Of a stretch of 64,000 bases of DNA, positions 36,901 to 50,839 are shown piece after piece. The position numbers and the translations under genes are program-made. Each line of letters starts with the position of its first letter. The stretch's first letter is position 1. This DNA comes from Eledone cirrhosa (Eukaryota). The stretch covers positions 9,362,001 through 9,426,000 of the forward strand of contig OZ024744.1 of assembly GCA_964016885.1 (NCBI GenBank), read 5' to 3'. The notes beneath the pieces were generated by a model. The model worked only from the letters and a program-made list of their open reading frames with translations, ran no database searches and was not told the DNA's origin.

Positions 36901-39900
36901 ACGTGGTTATGTGGTGTATGTAGTCCTAGATGTATGTATTACCTGCTTGTGTGTCGTATGTGGTCCTAGATGTATGTATTACTTGGTTATGTGTTGTATG
37001 TGGTCCTAGATGTTGTTATAACCTGCCTGTTGTTGTATGTGGTCCTAGAAGTGTGTATTACCTGCCTGTGTGTTGTATGTAGTCCTAGATGTATGTATTA
37101 CCTGGTTATGTGTTGTATGTGGTCCTAGATGTATGTATTACCAGCCTGTGTGTTGTATGTGGTCCTAGATGTATGTATTACCTGGTTATGTGTTGTATGT
37201 GGTCCTAGATGTGTTATTACCTGCTTGTATGTTTCATGTGGTCCTAGATGTGTGTATTACTTGCTTGTGTGTTCCATGTAGTCCTAGATGTATGTATTAC
37301 CTGCTGGTGTGTTGTATGTGGTCCTGGATGTATGTATTACCTGCTTGTGTGTTGTATGTGATTCTAGAAGTATGTATTACCTGGTTATGTGTTGTATGTG
37401 GTCCTAGATGTATGTATTACCTGGTTATGTGTTGTATGTAGTCCTAGATGTATGTACTACCTGGTTATGTGTTGTATGTGGTCCTAGATGTATGTATTAA
37501 CTGGTTGTGTGTTCTATGTAGTCCTAGATGTATGTATTACCTGGTTATGTGTTGTATGTAGTCCTAGATGTGTGTATTACCTGGTTATGTGGTGTATGTA
37601 GTCCTAGATGTATGTATTACCTGCTTGTGTGTTGTATGTGGTCCTAGATGTATGTATTACTTGGTTATGTGTTGTATGTGGTCCTAGATGTTGTTATAAC
37701 CTGTCTGTTGTTGTATGTGGTCCTAGATGTGTTATTACCTGCTTGTATGTTATATGTGGTCCTAGATGTGTGTATTACTTGCTTGTGTGTTCTATGTAGT
37801 CCTAGATGTATGTATTACTTGGTTATCTGTTGTATGTAGTCATAGATGTATGTATTACTTGGTTATGTGTTGTATGTGGTCCTAGATGTGTGTATTACCT
37901 GCTTGTGTGTCCTAGATTATGTATTACCTGCTTGTGTGTTGTATGTGTTCCTATATGTGTGTATTACCTGCTTGTGTGTTGTATGTAGTCCTAGATGTAT
38001 GTATTACCTGCTTGTGTGTTGTATGTGGTCCTAGATGTATGTATTACCTGCTTGTGTGTTGTATGTAGTCCTTGATGTATGTATTACCTGCTTGTGTGTT
38101 GTATGTAGTCCTAGATGTGTGTATTACCTGCTTGTGTGTTGTATGTGGCCCTAGATGTGTGTATTACCTGCTTGTGTGTTGTATGTGGCCGTAGATGTGT
38201 GTATTACCTGGTTATGTGTTGTATGTAGTACTAGATGTGTGTATTACCTGCTTGTATGTTGTATATAGTCCTAGATGTATGTATTACCTGCTTGTGTGTT
38301 GTATGTAGTCCTAGATGTGTGTATTACCTGCTTCTGTGTTGTATGTGGCCTTAGATGTGTGTATTACCTGCTTGTGTGTTGTATGTGGTCCTAGATGTGT
38401 TTATTCCCTGCTTGTGTGTTGTATGTGGTCCTAGATGTATGTATTACCTGCTTATGTGTTGTATGTGGTCCAAGATGTATGTATTACCTGGTTATGTGTT
38501 GTATGTGGTCCTAGATGTGTGTATTACCTGGTTGTGTGTTGTATGTGGTCCTAGATGTATGTATTACCTGCTTGTGTGTTGTATGTGGTCCTAGATGTAT
38601 GTGCTACCTGGTTATGTGTTGTATGTGGTCCTAGATGTATGTATTACCTGCTTGTGTGTTCTATGTGGTCCTGGATGTATGTATTACCTGGTTATGTGTT
38701 GTATGTGGTCCTAGATGTGTGTATTACCTGTCTTTGTGTTGTATGTGGTCCTAGATGTATGTATTACCTGGTTGTGTGTTCTATGTGGTCCTAGATGTAT
38801 GTATTACCTGCTTGTGTGTTGTATGTAGTTCTAGATGTATGTATTACCTGGTTATGTGTTGTATGTGGTCCTAGATGTATGTATTACCTGCTTGTGTGTT
38901 GTATGTGGCCTTAGATGTGTGTATTACCTGCTTGTGTGTTGTATGTGGTCCTAGATGTGTGTATTCCCTGCTTGTGTGTTGTATGTGGTCCTAGATGTAT
39001 GTATTACCTGCTTATGTGTTGTATGTGGCCCTATATGTGTGTATTACCTGCTTGTATGTTGTATGTGGTCCTAGATGTATGTATTACCTGCTTGTGTGTT
39101 GTATGTGCTCCTAGATGTATGTATTACCTGGTTGTGTGTTCTATGTAGTCCTAGATGTGTGTATTACCTGGTTATGTGGTGTATGTAGTCCTAGATGTAT
39201 GTATTACCTGCTTGTGTGTTGTATGTGGTCCTAGATGTATGTATTACCTGGTTATGTGTTGTATGTGGTCCTAGATGTATGTATTACCTGCTTGTGTGTT
39301 GTATGTGGTCCTAGATGTATGTATTACCTGCCTGTGTGTTGTATGTGGTCCTAGATGTATGTATTACTTGGTTATGTGTTGTATGTGGTCCTAGATGTTG
39401 TTATAACCTGCCTGTTGTTGAATGTGGTCCTAGATGTGTGTATTACCTGCCTGTGTGTTGTATGTAGTCCTAGATGTATGTATTACCTGGTTATGTGTTG
39501 TATGTGGTCCTAGATGTATGTATTACCAGCCTGTGTGTTGTATGTGGTCCTAGATGTATGTATTACCTGGTTATGTGTTGTATGTGGTCCTAGATGTGTT
39601 ATTACCTGCTTGTATGTTATATGTGGTCCTAGATGTGTGTATTACTTGCTTGTGTGTTCTATGTAGTCCTAGATGTATGTATTACCTGCTGGTGTGTTGT
39701 ATGTGGTCCTGGATGTATGTATTACCTGCTTGTGTGTTGTATGTGGTCCTAGATGTGTGTATTACCTGCCTGTGTGTTGTATGTGGTCCTAGATGTATGT
39801 ATTATCTGGTTGTGTGTTCTATGTGGTCCTAGATGTATGTATTAACTGCTTGTGTGTTGTATGTAGTCCTAGATGTATGTATTACCTGGCTATGTGTTGT

Positions 39901-42900
39901 ATGTGGTCCTAGATGTATGTATTACCTGCTTGTGTGTTGTATGTGGTCCTAGATGTATGTATTACCTGGTTATGTGTTGTATGTGGTCCTAGATGTATGT
40001 ATTACCTGGTTATGTGTTGTATCTGGTCCTAGATGTATGTATTACCTGTTTTTGTGTTGTATGTGGTCCTAGATGTATGTGCTACCTGGTTATGTGTTGT
40101 ATGTGGTCCTAGATGTATGTATTACCTGCTTGTGTGTTGTATGTGGTCTTAGATGTGTGTATTACCTGGTTATGTGTTGTATGTAGTCTTATGTGTATTT
40201 ATTACGGGCTTGTGTGTTGTATGTGGTCCTAGATGTGTGTATTACCTGCTTGTGTGTTGTATGTAGTCCTAGATGTGTGTATTACCTGGTTATGTGTTGT
40301 ATGTAGTCCTAGATGTGTGTATTACCTGGTTATGTGGTGTATGTAGTCATAGATGTATGTATTACCTGCTTGTGTGTTGTATGTGGTCCTAGATGTATGT
40401 ATTACTTGGTTATGTGTTGTATGTGGTCCTAGATGTTGTTATAACCTGTCTGTTGTTGTATGTGGTCCTAGATGTGTGTATTACCTACTTGTGTGTTGTA
40501 TGTGGTCCTAGATGTATGTATTACCTGGTTATGTGTTGTATGTGGTCCTAGAGGTGTTATTACCTGCTTGTATGTTATATGTGGTCCTAGATGTGTGTAT
40601 TACTTGCTTGTGTGTTCTATGTAGTCCTAGATGTATGTATTACCTGGTTATGTGTTGTATGTAGCCATAGATGTATGTATTACTTGGTTATCTGTTGTAT
40701 GTGGTCCTAGATGTGTGTATTACCTGCTTGTGTGTCCTAGATCTATGTATTACCTGCTTGTGTGTTGTATGTGTTCCTATATGTGTGTATTACCTGCTTG
40801 TGTGTTGTATGTAGTGCTAGATGTATGTATTACCTGCCTGTGTGTTGTATGTGGTCCTAGATGAATGTATTACCTGCTTGTGTGTTGTATGTGGCCCTAG
40901 ATGTGTGTATTACCTGCTTGTGTGTTGTATGTGGCCCTAGATGTGTGTATTACCTGGTTATGTGTTGTATGTAGTCCTAGATGTGTGTATTACCCGCTTG
41001 TATGTTGTATATAGTCCTAGATGTATGTATTACCTGCTTGTGTGTTGTATGTAGTCCTAGATGTGTGTATTACCTGCTTGTGTGTTGTATGTGGCCTTAG
41101 ATGTGTGTATTACCTGCTTGTGTGTTGTATGTGGCCCTAGATGTGTGTATTACCTGCTTGTGTGTTGTATGTGGTCCTAGATGTATGTATTACCTGCTTA
41201 TGTGTTGTATGTGGTCGAAGATGTATGTATTACCTGCCAGTGTGTTGTATGCGGTCCTAGATGTATGTATTACCTACTGGTGTGTTGTATGTGGTCTTAG
41301 ATGTGTGTATTACCTGCTTGTGTGTTGTATGTGGTCCTAGATGTATGTATTATATGGTTATGTGTTGTATGTGGTCCTAGATGTATCTATTACCTGGTTA
41401 TGTGTTGTATGTGGTCCTGGATGTATGTATTACCTGCCTGTGTGTTGTATGTGTTTCTAGATGTATGTATTACCTGGTTATGTGTTGTATGTGGACCTAG
41501 ATGTATGTATTACCTGCTTGTGTGTTGTATTTGGTCCTAGATGTATGTATTACCTGATTGTGTGTTGTATGTGATCCTAGATGTCTGTATTACCTGCTTG
41601 TGTGTTGTATGTAGTCCTAGATCCATGTATTACCTGTCTGTGTGTTGTATGTAGTCCTAGATGAATGTATTACTTGCCTGTGTGTTGTATGTAGTCCTGG
41701 ATGTATGTATTACCTGCCTGTGTGTTGTATGTCGTCCTAGATGTATGTATTACCTGCCTGTGTGTTGTATGTGGTCCTAGATCTATGTATTACCTGCCTG
41801 TGTGTTGTATGTGGTCCTAGATGTATGTATTACCTGCTTGTGTGTTGTATGTAGTCCTAGATGTATGTATTCCCTGCTTGTGTGTTGTATGTAGTCCTAG
41901 ATGTATGTATTCCCTGCTTGTGTGTTGTATGTAGTCCTAGATGTATGTATTACCTGCTTGCCTTGTGTGTTGTATGTAGTCCTAGATGTATGTATTACCT
42001 GCTTGTGTGTTGTATGTAGTCCTAGATGTATGTATTACCTGCTTGCCTTGTGTGTTGTATGTAGTCCTAGATGTATGTATTACCTGCTTGCCTTGTGTGT
42101 TGTATGTAGTCCTAGATCTATGTATTACCTGCCTGAGTGTTGTATGTGGTCCTAGATGTATGTATTACCTGCTTGTGTGTTGTATGTAGTCCTAGATGTA
42201 TGTATTCCCTGCTTGTGTGTTGTATGTCGTCCTAGATGTATGTATTACCTGCTTGTGTGTTGTATGTGGTCCTAGATGTGTGTATTACCTGCCTGTGTGT
42301 TGTATGTGGTCCTAGATGTATGTATTACCTGCTTGTGTGTTGTATGTAGTCCTAGATGTATGTATTACCTGCTTGCCTTGTGTGTTGTATGTAGTCCTAG
42401 ATGTATGTATTACCTGCTTGTGTGTTGTATGTAGTCTTAGGTGTATTTATTACGTGCTTGTGTGTTGTATGTGGTCCTAGATGTGTGTATTACCTGCTTG
42501 TGTGTTGTATGTAGTCCTAGATGTGTGTATTACCTGGTTATGTGTTGTATATTGTCATAGATGTGTGTATTACCTGCTTGTGTGTTGTATGTGGTCCTAT
42601 ATGTGTGTATTACTTGCTTGTGTGTTGTATGTAGTCCTAGATGTATATACTACCTGGTTATGTGTTGTATGTAGTCCTAGATGTATGTATTACCTGCTTC
42701 TTTGTTGTATATGGTCCTAGATGTATGTATTACCTACTGCTGTGTTGTATATGGTCCTAGATGTGTGTATTACCTGCTTGTGTGTTGTATGTGGTCCTAG
42801 ATGTATGTATTACCTGGTTGTGTGTTCTATGTAGTCCTAGATGTATGTATTACCTGGTTATGTGTTGTATGTGGTCCTAGATGTATGTATTACCTGTTTC

Positions 42901-45057
42901 TGTGTTGTACGTGGTCCTAGATGCATGTATTACCTGGTTATGTGTTGTATGTGGTGTTAGATGTATGTATTACCTGCTTGTGTGTTGTATGTGGCCCTAT
43001 ATGTGTGTATTACCTGCTTGTGTGTTGTATGTGGTCCTAGATGTATGTATTACCTGGTTATGTGTTGTATGTAATCCTAGATGTATGTACTACCTGGTTA
43101 TGTGTTGTATGTGGTCCTAGATGTATGTATTACCTGCTTGTGTGTTGTATGTGGTCCTAGATGTATGTATTACCTGGTTGTGTGTTCTATGTAGTCCTAG
43201 ATGTATGTATTACCTGGTTATGTGTTGTATGTAGTCCTAGATGTGTGTATTACGTGGTTATGTGGTGTATGTAGTCCTAGATGTATGTATTACCTGCTTG
43301 TGTGTCGTATGTGGTCCTAGATGTATGTATTACTTGGTTATGTGTTGTATGTGGTCCTAGATGTTGTTATAACCTGCCTGTTGTTGTATGTGGTCCTAGA
43401 AGTGTGTATTACCTGCCTGTGTGTTGTATGTAGTCCTAGATGTATGTATTACCTGGTTATGTGTTGTATGTGGTCCTAGATGTATGTATTACCAGCCTGT
43501 GTGTTGTATGTGGTCCTAGATGTATGTATTACCTGGTTATGTGTTGTATTTGGTCCTAGATGTGTTATTACCTGCTTGTATGTTTCATGTGGTCCTAGAT
43601 GTGTGTATTACTTGCTTGTGTGTTCCATGTAGTCCTAGATGTATGTATTACCTGCTGGTGTGTTGTATGTGGTCCTGGATGTATGTATTACCTGCTTGTG
43701 TGTTGTATGTGATTCTAGAAGTATGTATTACCTGGTTATGTGTTGTATGTGGTCCTAGATGTATGTATTACCTGGTTATGTGTTGTATGTAGTCCTAGAT
43801 GTATGTACTACCTGGTTATGTGTTGTATGTGGTCCTAGATGTATGTATTAACTGGTTGTGTGTTCTATGTAGTCCTAGATGTATGTATTACCTGGTTATG
43901 TGTTGTATGTAGTCCTAGATGTGTGTATTACCTGGTTATGTGGTGTATGTAGTCCTAGATGTATGTATTACCTGCTTGTGTGTTGTATGTGGTCCTAGAT
44001 GTATGTATTACTTGGTTATGTGTTGTATGTGGTCCTAGATGTTGTTATAACCTGTCTGTTGTTGTATGTGGTCCTAGATGTGTTATTACCTGCTTGTATG
44101 TTATATGTGGTCCTAGATGTGTGTATTACTTGCTTGTGTGTTCTATGTAGTCCTAGATGTATGTATTACTTGGTTATGTGTTGTATGTAGTCATAGATGT
44201 ATGTATTACTTGGTTATGTGTTGTATGTGGTCCTAAATGTGTGTATTACCTGCTTGTGTGTCCTAGATTATGTATTACCTGCTTGTGTGTTGTATGTGTT
44301 CCTATATGTGTGTATTACCTGCTTGTGTGTTGTATGTAGTCCTAGATGTATGTATTACCTGCTTGTGTGTTGTATGTGGTCCTAGATGTATGTATTACCT
44401 GCTTGTGTGTTGTATGTAGTCCTTGATGTATGTATTACCTGCTTGTGTGTTGTATGTAGTCCTAGATGTGTGTATTACCTGCTTGTGTGTTGTATGTGGC
44501 CCTAGATGTGTGTATTACCTGCTTGTGTGTTGTATGTGGCCGTAGATGTGTGTATTACCTGGTTATGTGTTGTATGTAGTACTAGATGTGTGTATTACCT
44601 GCTTGTATGTTGTATATAGTCCTAGATGTATGTATTACCTGCTTGTGTGTTGTATGTAGTCCTAGATGTGTGTATTACCTGCTTCTGTGTTGTATGTGGC
44701 CTTAGATGTGTGTATTACCTGCTTGTGTGTTGTATGTGGTCCTAGATGTGTGTATTCCCTGCTTGTGTGTTGTATGTGGTCCTAGATGTATGTATTACCT
44801 GCTTATGTGTTGTATGTGGTCCAAGATGTATGTATTACCTGGTTATGTGTTGTATGTGGTCCTAGATGTGTGTATTACCTGGTTGTGTGTTGTATGTGGT
44901 CCTAGATGTATGTATTACCTGCTTGTGTGTTGTATGTGGTCCTAGATGTATGTGCTACCTGGTTATGTGTTGTATGTGGTCCTAGATGTATGTATTACCT
45001 GCTTGTGTGTTCTATGTGGTCCTGGATGTATGTATTACCTGGTTATGTGTTGTATGT
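33930..45057 (+). repeat. Duplication of a ~4.8-kb block (~33930-38706 and ~40290-45057), offset 6351, separated by a ~1.6-kb spacer of other monomers
   Basis: GAGGTGTTAT occurs at 34200/40551. ORF pairs 34950/41301, 35550/41901, 36530/42881, 37169/43520 and 38555/44906. Shared variants include GCCTGAGTG, GATTCTAGAAG, GTTCCATG and GTAGTACTAG. Confidence 0.92.
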
Positions 45058-47510
45058 AGTCCTAGATGTGTGTATTACCTGGCTATGTGTTGTATATTGT
45101 CATAGATGTGTGTATTACCTGCTTGTGTGTTGTATGTGGTCCTAGATGTGTGTATTACTTGCTTGTGTGTTGTATGTAGTCCTAGATGTATATACTACCT
45201 GGTTATGTGTTGTATGTAGTCCTAGATGTGTGTATTACCTGCTTCTTTGTTGTATGTGGTCCTAGATGTATGTATTACCTACTGCTGTGTTGTATATGGT
45301 CCTAGATGTGTGTATTACCTGCTTGTGTGTTGTATGTGGTCCTAGATGTATGTATTACCTGGTTGTGTGTTCTATGTAGTCCTAGATGTATGTATTACCT
45401 GGTTATGTGTTGTATGTGGTCCTAGATGTATGTATTACATGTTTCTGTGTTGTACGTGGTCCTAGATGCATGTATTACCTGGTTATGTGTTGTATGTGGT
45501 GCTAGATGTATGTATTACCTGCTTGTGTGTTGTATGTGGCCCTATATGTGTGTATTACCTGCTTGTGTGTTGTATGTGGTCCTAGATGTATGTATTACCT
45601 GTTTGTGTGTTGTATGTAGTCCTAGATGTATGTATTACCTGCTTGCCTTGTGTGTTGTATGTAGTCCTAGATCTATGTATTACCTGCCTGTGTGTTGTAT
45701 GTGGTCCTAGATGTATGTATTACCTGCTTGTGTGTTGTATGTAGTCCTAGATGTATGTATTCCCTGCTTGTGTGTTGTATGTAGTCCTAGATGTATGTAT
45801 TACCTGCTTGTGTGTTGTATGTGGTCCTAGATGTGTGTATTACCTGCCTGTGTGTTGTATGTGGTCCTAGATGTATGTATTACCTGCTTCTGTGTTGTAT
45901 GTAGTCCTAGATGTATGTATTACCTGCTTGCATTGTGTGTTGTATGTAGTCCTAGATGTATGTATTACCTGCTTGTGTGTTGTATGTAGTCTTATGTGTA
46001 TTTATTACGTGCTTGTGTGTTGTATGTGGTCCTAGATGTGTGTATTACCTGCTTGTGTGTTGTATGTAGTCCTAGATGTGTGTATTACCTGGTTATGTGT
46101 TGTATATTGTCATAGATGTGTGTATTACCTGCTTGTGTGTTGTATGTGGTCCTAGATGTGTGTATTACTTGCTTGTGTGTTGTATGTAGTCCTAGATGTA
46201 TATACTACCTGGTTATGTGTTGTATGTAGTCCTAGATGTGTGTATTACCTGCTTCTTTGTTGTATGTGGTCCTAGATGTATGTATTACCTACTGCTGTGT
46301 TGTATATGGTCCTAGATGTGTGTATTACCTGCTTGTGTGTTGTATGTGGTCCTAGATGTATGTATTACCTGGTTGTGTGTTCTATGTAGTCCTAGATGTA
46401 TGTATTACCTGGTTATGTGTTGTATGTGGTCCTAGATGTATGTATTACATGTTTCTGTGTTGTACGTGGTCCTAGATGCATGTATTACCTGGTTATGTGT
46501 TGTATGTGGTGCTAGATGTATGTATTACCTGCTTGTGTGTTGTATGTGGCCCTATATGTGTGTATTACCTGCTTGTGTGTTGTATGTGGTCCTAGATGTA
46601 TGTATTACCTGTTTGTGTGTTGTATGTAGTCCTAGATGTATGTATTACCTGCTTGCCTTGTGTGTTGTATGTAGTCCTAGATCTATGTATTACCTGCCTG
46701 TGTGTTGTATGTGGTCCTAGATGTATGTATTACCTGCTTGTGTGTTGTATGTAGTCCTAGATGTATGTATTCCCTGCTTGTGTGTTGTATGTAGTCCTAG
46801 ATGTATGTATTACCTGCTTGTGTGTTGTATGTGGTCCTAGATGTGTGTATTACCTGCCTGTGTGTTGTATGTGGTCCTAGATGTATGTATTACCTGCTTC
46901 TGTGTTGTATGTAGTCCTAGATGTATGTATTACCTGCTTGCATTGTGTGTTGTATGTAGTCCTAGATGTATGTATTACCTGCTTGTGTGTTGTATGTAGT
47001 CTTATGTGTATTTATTACGTGCTTGTGTGTTGTATGTGGTCCTAGATGTGTGTATTACCTGCTTGTGTGTTGTATGTAGTCCTAGATGTGTGTATTACCT
47101 GGTTATGTGTTGTATATTGTCATAGATGTGTGTATTACCTGCTTGTGTGTTGTATGGGGTCCTAGATGTGTGTATTACTTGCTTGTGTGTTGTATGTAGT
47201 CCTAGATGTATATACTACCTGGTTATGTGTTGTATGTAGTCCTAGATGTGTGTATTACCTGCTTCTTTGTTGTATGTGGTCCTAGATGTATGTATTACCT
47301 ACTGCTGTGTTGTATATGGTCCTAGATGTGTGTATTATCTGCTTGTGTGTTGTATGTGGTCCTAGATGTATGTATTACCTGGTTGTGTGTTCTATGTAGT
47401 CCTAGATGTATGTATTACCTGGTTATGTGTTGTATGTGGTCCTAGATGTATGTATTACCTGTTTCTGTGTTGTACGTGGTCCTAGATGCATGTATTACCT
47501 GGTTATGTGT
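45046..47510 (+). repeat. Tandem repeat of a 1010-bp unit (25 monomers: 23x40 + 2x45), ~2.4 copies
   Basis: ORFs 45426 and 46436 are identical. TTACATGTTTC and GCTTGCATTG recur at a 1010 offset, and a third partial copy runs to ~47510. Confidence 0.92.
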
Positions 47511-50500
47511 TGTATGTGGTCCTAGATGTATGTATTACCTGCTTGTGTGTTGTATGTGGTCCTAGATGTATGTATTACCTGGTTGTGTGTTCTATGTAGT
47601 CCTATATGTGTGTATTACGTGGTTATGTGGTGTATGTAGTCCTAGATGTATGTATTACCTGCTTGTGTGTCGTATGTGGTCCTAGATGTATGTATTACTT
47701 GGTTATGTGTTGTATGTGGTCCTAGATGTTGTTATAACCTGCCTGTTGTTGTATGTGGTCCTAGAACTGTGTATTACCTGCCTGTGTGTTGTATGTAGTC
47801 CTAGATGTATGTATTACCTGGTTATGTGTTGTATGTGGTCCTAGATGTATGTATTCCCAGCCTGTGTGTTGTATGTGGTCCTAGATGTATGTATTACCTG
47901 GTTATGTGTTGTATGTAGTCCTAGATGTATGTACTACCTGGTTATGTGTTGTATGTGGTCCTAGATGTATGTATTACCTGCTTGTGTGTTGTATGTGGTC
48001 CTAGATATATGTATTACCTGGTTGTGTGTTCTATGTAGTCCTAGATGTATGTATTACCTGGTTATGTGTTGTATGTAGTCCTAGATGTATGTATTACCTG
48101 CTTGTGTGTTGTATGTGGTCCTAGATGTATGTATTACTTGGTTATGTGTTGTATGTGGTCCTAGATGTTGTTATAACCTGTCTGTTGTTTGTATGTGGTC
48201 CTAGATGTGTGTATTACCTGCTTGTGTGTTGTATGTAGTCCTAGATGTATGTATTACCTGGTTATGTGTTGTATGTATTCCTAGATGTATATACTACCTG
48301 GTTATGTGTTGTATGTTGTCCTAGATGTATGTATTACCTGGTTGTGTGTTCTATGTAGTCCTAGATGTATGTATTACCTGGTTATGTGTTGTATATAGTC
48401 CTAGATGTGTGTATTACCTGGTTATGTGGTGTATGTAGTCATAGATGTATGTATTACCTGCTTGTGTGTTGTATGTGGTCCTAGATGTATGTATTACCTG
48501 CTTGTGTGTTGTATGTGGTCCTAGATGTATGTATTACCTGGTTATGTGTTGTATGTAATCCTAGATCTGTGTATTACCTGATTATGTGGTGTATGTAGTC
48601 CAAGATGTATGTATTACCTGCTTGTGTGTTGTAAGTGGTCCTAGATGTATGTATTACTTGGTTATGTGTTGTATGTGGTCCTAGATGTTGTTATAACCTG
48701 CCTGCTGTTGTATGTGGTCCTAGATGTGTGTATTAACTGCTTGTGTGTTGTATGTGGTCCTAGATGTATGTATTACCTGGTTATGTGTTGTATGTGGTCC
48801 TAGATGTGTGTATTACCTGCTTGTGTGTTGTATGTGGCCCTAGATGTGTGTATTACCTGCTTGTGTGTTGTATGTTGTCCTAGATGTGTGTATTACCTGC
48901 TTATGTGTTGTATGTGGTCGAAGATGTATGTATTACCTGCCAGTGTGTTGTATGCGGTCCTAGATGTATGTAATACCTACTGGTGTGTTGTATGTGGCCC
49001 TAGATGTGTGTATTACCTGGTTATGTGTTGTATGTAGTCCTAGATGTGTGTATTACCCGCTTGTATGTTGTATATAGTCCTAGATGTATGTATTACCTGC
49101 TTGTGTGTTGTATGTAGTCCTAGATGTGAGTATTACCTGCTTGTGTGTTGTATGTGGCCTTAGATGTGTGTATTACCTGCTTGTGTGTTGCATGTGGCCC
49201 TAGATGTGTGTATTACCTGGTTATGTGTTGTATGTAGTCTTATGTGTATTTATTACGTGCTTGTGTGTTGTATGTGGTCCTAGATGTGTGTATTACTTGC
49301 TTGTGTGTTCTATGTAGTCCTAGATGTATGTATTACCTGGTTATGTGTTGTATGTAGTGATAGATGTATGTATTACTTGGTTATGTGTTGTATGTGGTCC
49401 TAGATGTGTGTATTACCTGCTTGTGTGTCCTAGATAATGTATTACCTGCTTGTGTGTTGTATGTGTTCCTATATGTGTGTATTACCTGCTTGTGTGTTGT
49501 ATGTAGTCCTAGATGTATGTATTACCTGCTTGTGTGTTGTATGTAGTCCTTGATGTATGTATTACCTGCTTGTGTGTTGTATGTAGTTCTAGATGTGTGT
49601 ATTACCTGCTTGTGTGTTGTATGTGGCCCTAGATGTGTGTATTACCTGCTTGTGTGTTGTATGTGGCCCTAGATGTGTGTATTACCTGGTTATGTGTTAT
49701 ATGTAGTCCTAGATGTGTGTATTACCTGCTTGTATGTTGTATATAGTCCTAGATGTATGTATTACCTACTTGTGTGTTGTATGTAGTCCTAGATGTGTGT
49801 ATTACCTGCTTCTGTGTTGTATGTGGCCTTAGATGTGTGTATTACCTGCTTGTGTGTTGTATGTGGTCCTAGATGTGTGTATTCCCTGCTTGTGTGTTGT
49901 ATGTGGTCCTAGATGTATGTATTACCTGCTTATGTGTTGTATGTGGTCCAAGATGTATGTATTACCTGCCTGTGTGTTGTATGTGGTACTAGATGTATGT
50001 ATTACCTACTGGTGTGTTGTATGTGGTCCTAGATGTGTGTATTACCTGCTTGTGTGTTGTATGTGGTCCTAGATGTATGTATTACCTGGTTATGTGTTGT
50101 ATGTAGTCCTAGATGTATGTATTAGCTGGTTATGTGTTGTATGTGGTCCTAGATGTTGTTATAACCTGCCTGTTGTTGTATGTGGTCCTAGAAGTGTGTA
50201 TTACCTGCCTGTGTGTTGTATGTAGTCCTAGATGTATGTATTACCTGGTTATGTGTTGTATGTGGTCCTAGATGTATGTATTACCAGCCTGTGTGTTGTA
50301 TGTGGTCCTAGATGTATGTATTACCTGGTTATGTGTTGTATGTGGTCCTAGATGTGTTATTACCTGCTTGTATGTTTTATGTGGTCCTAGATGTGTGTAT
50401 TACTTGCTTGTGTGTTCTATGTAGTCCTAGATGTATGTATTACCTGCTGGTGTGTTGTATGTGGTCCTGGATGTATGTATTACCTGCTTGTGTGTTGTAT

Positions 50501-50839
50501 GTGGTTCTAGATGTATGTATTACTTGCTTGTGTGTTGTATGTGGTCCTAGATATATGTATTACCTGGTTGTGTGTTCTATGTAGTCCTAGATGTATGTAT
50601 TACCTGATTATGTGTTGTATGTAGTCCTAGATGTATGTATTACCTGCTTGAGTGTTGTATGTGGTCCTAGATGTATGTATTACTTGGTTATGTGTTGTAT
50701 GTGGTCCTAGATGTTGTTATAACCTGTCTGTTGTTGTATGTGGTCCTAGATGTGTGTATTACCTGCTTGTGTGTTGTATGTAGTCCTAGATGTATGTATT
50801 ACCTGGTTATGTGTTGTATGTAGTCCTAGATGTATGTAC

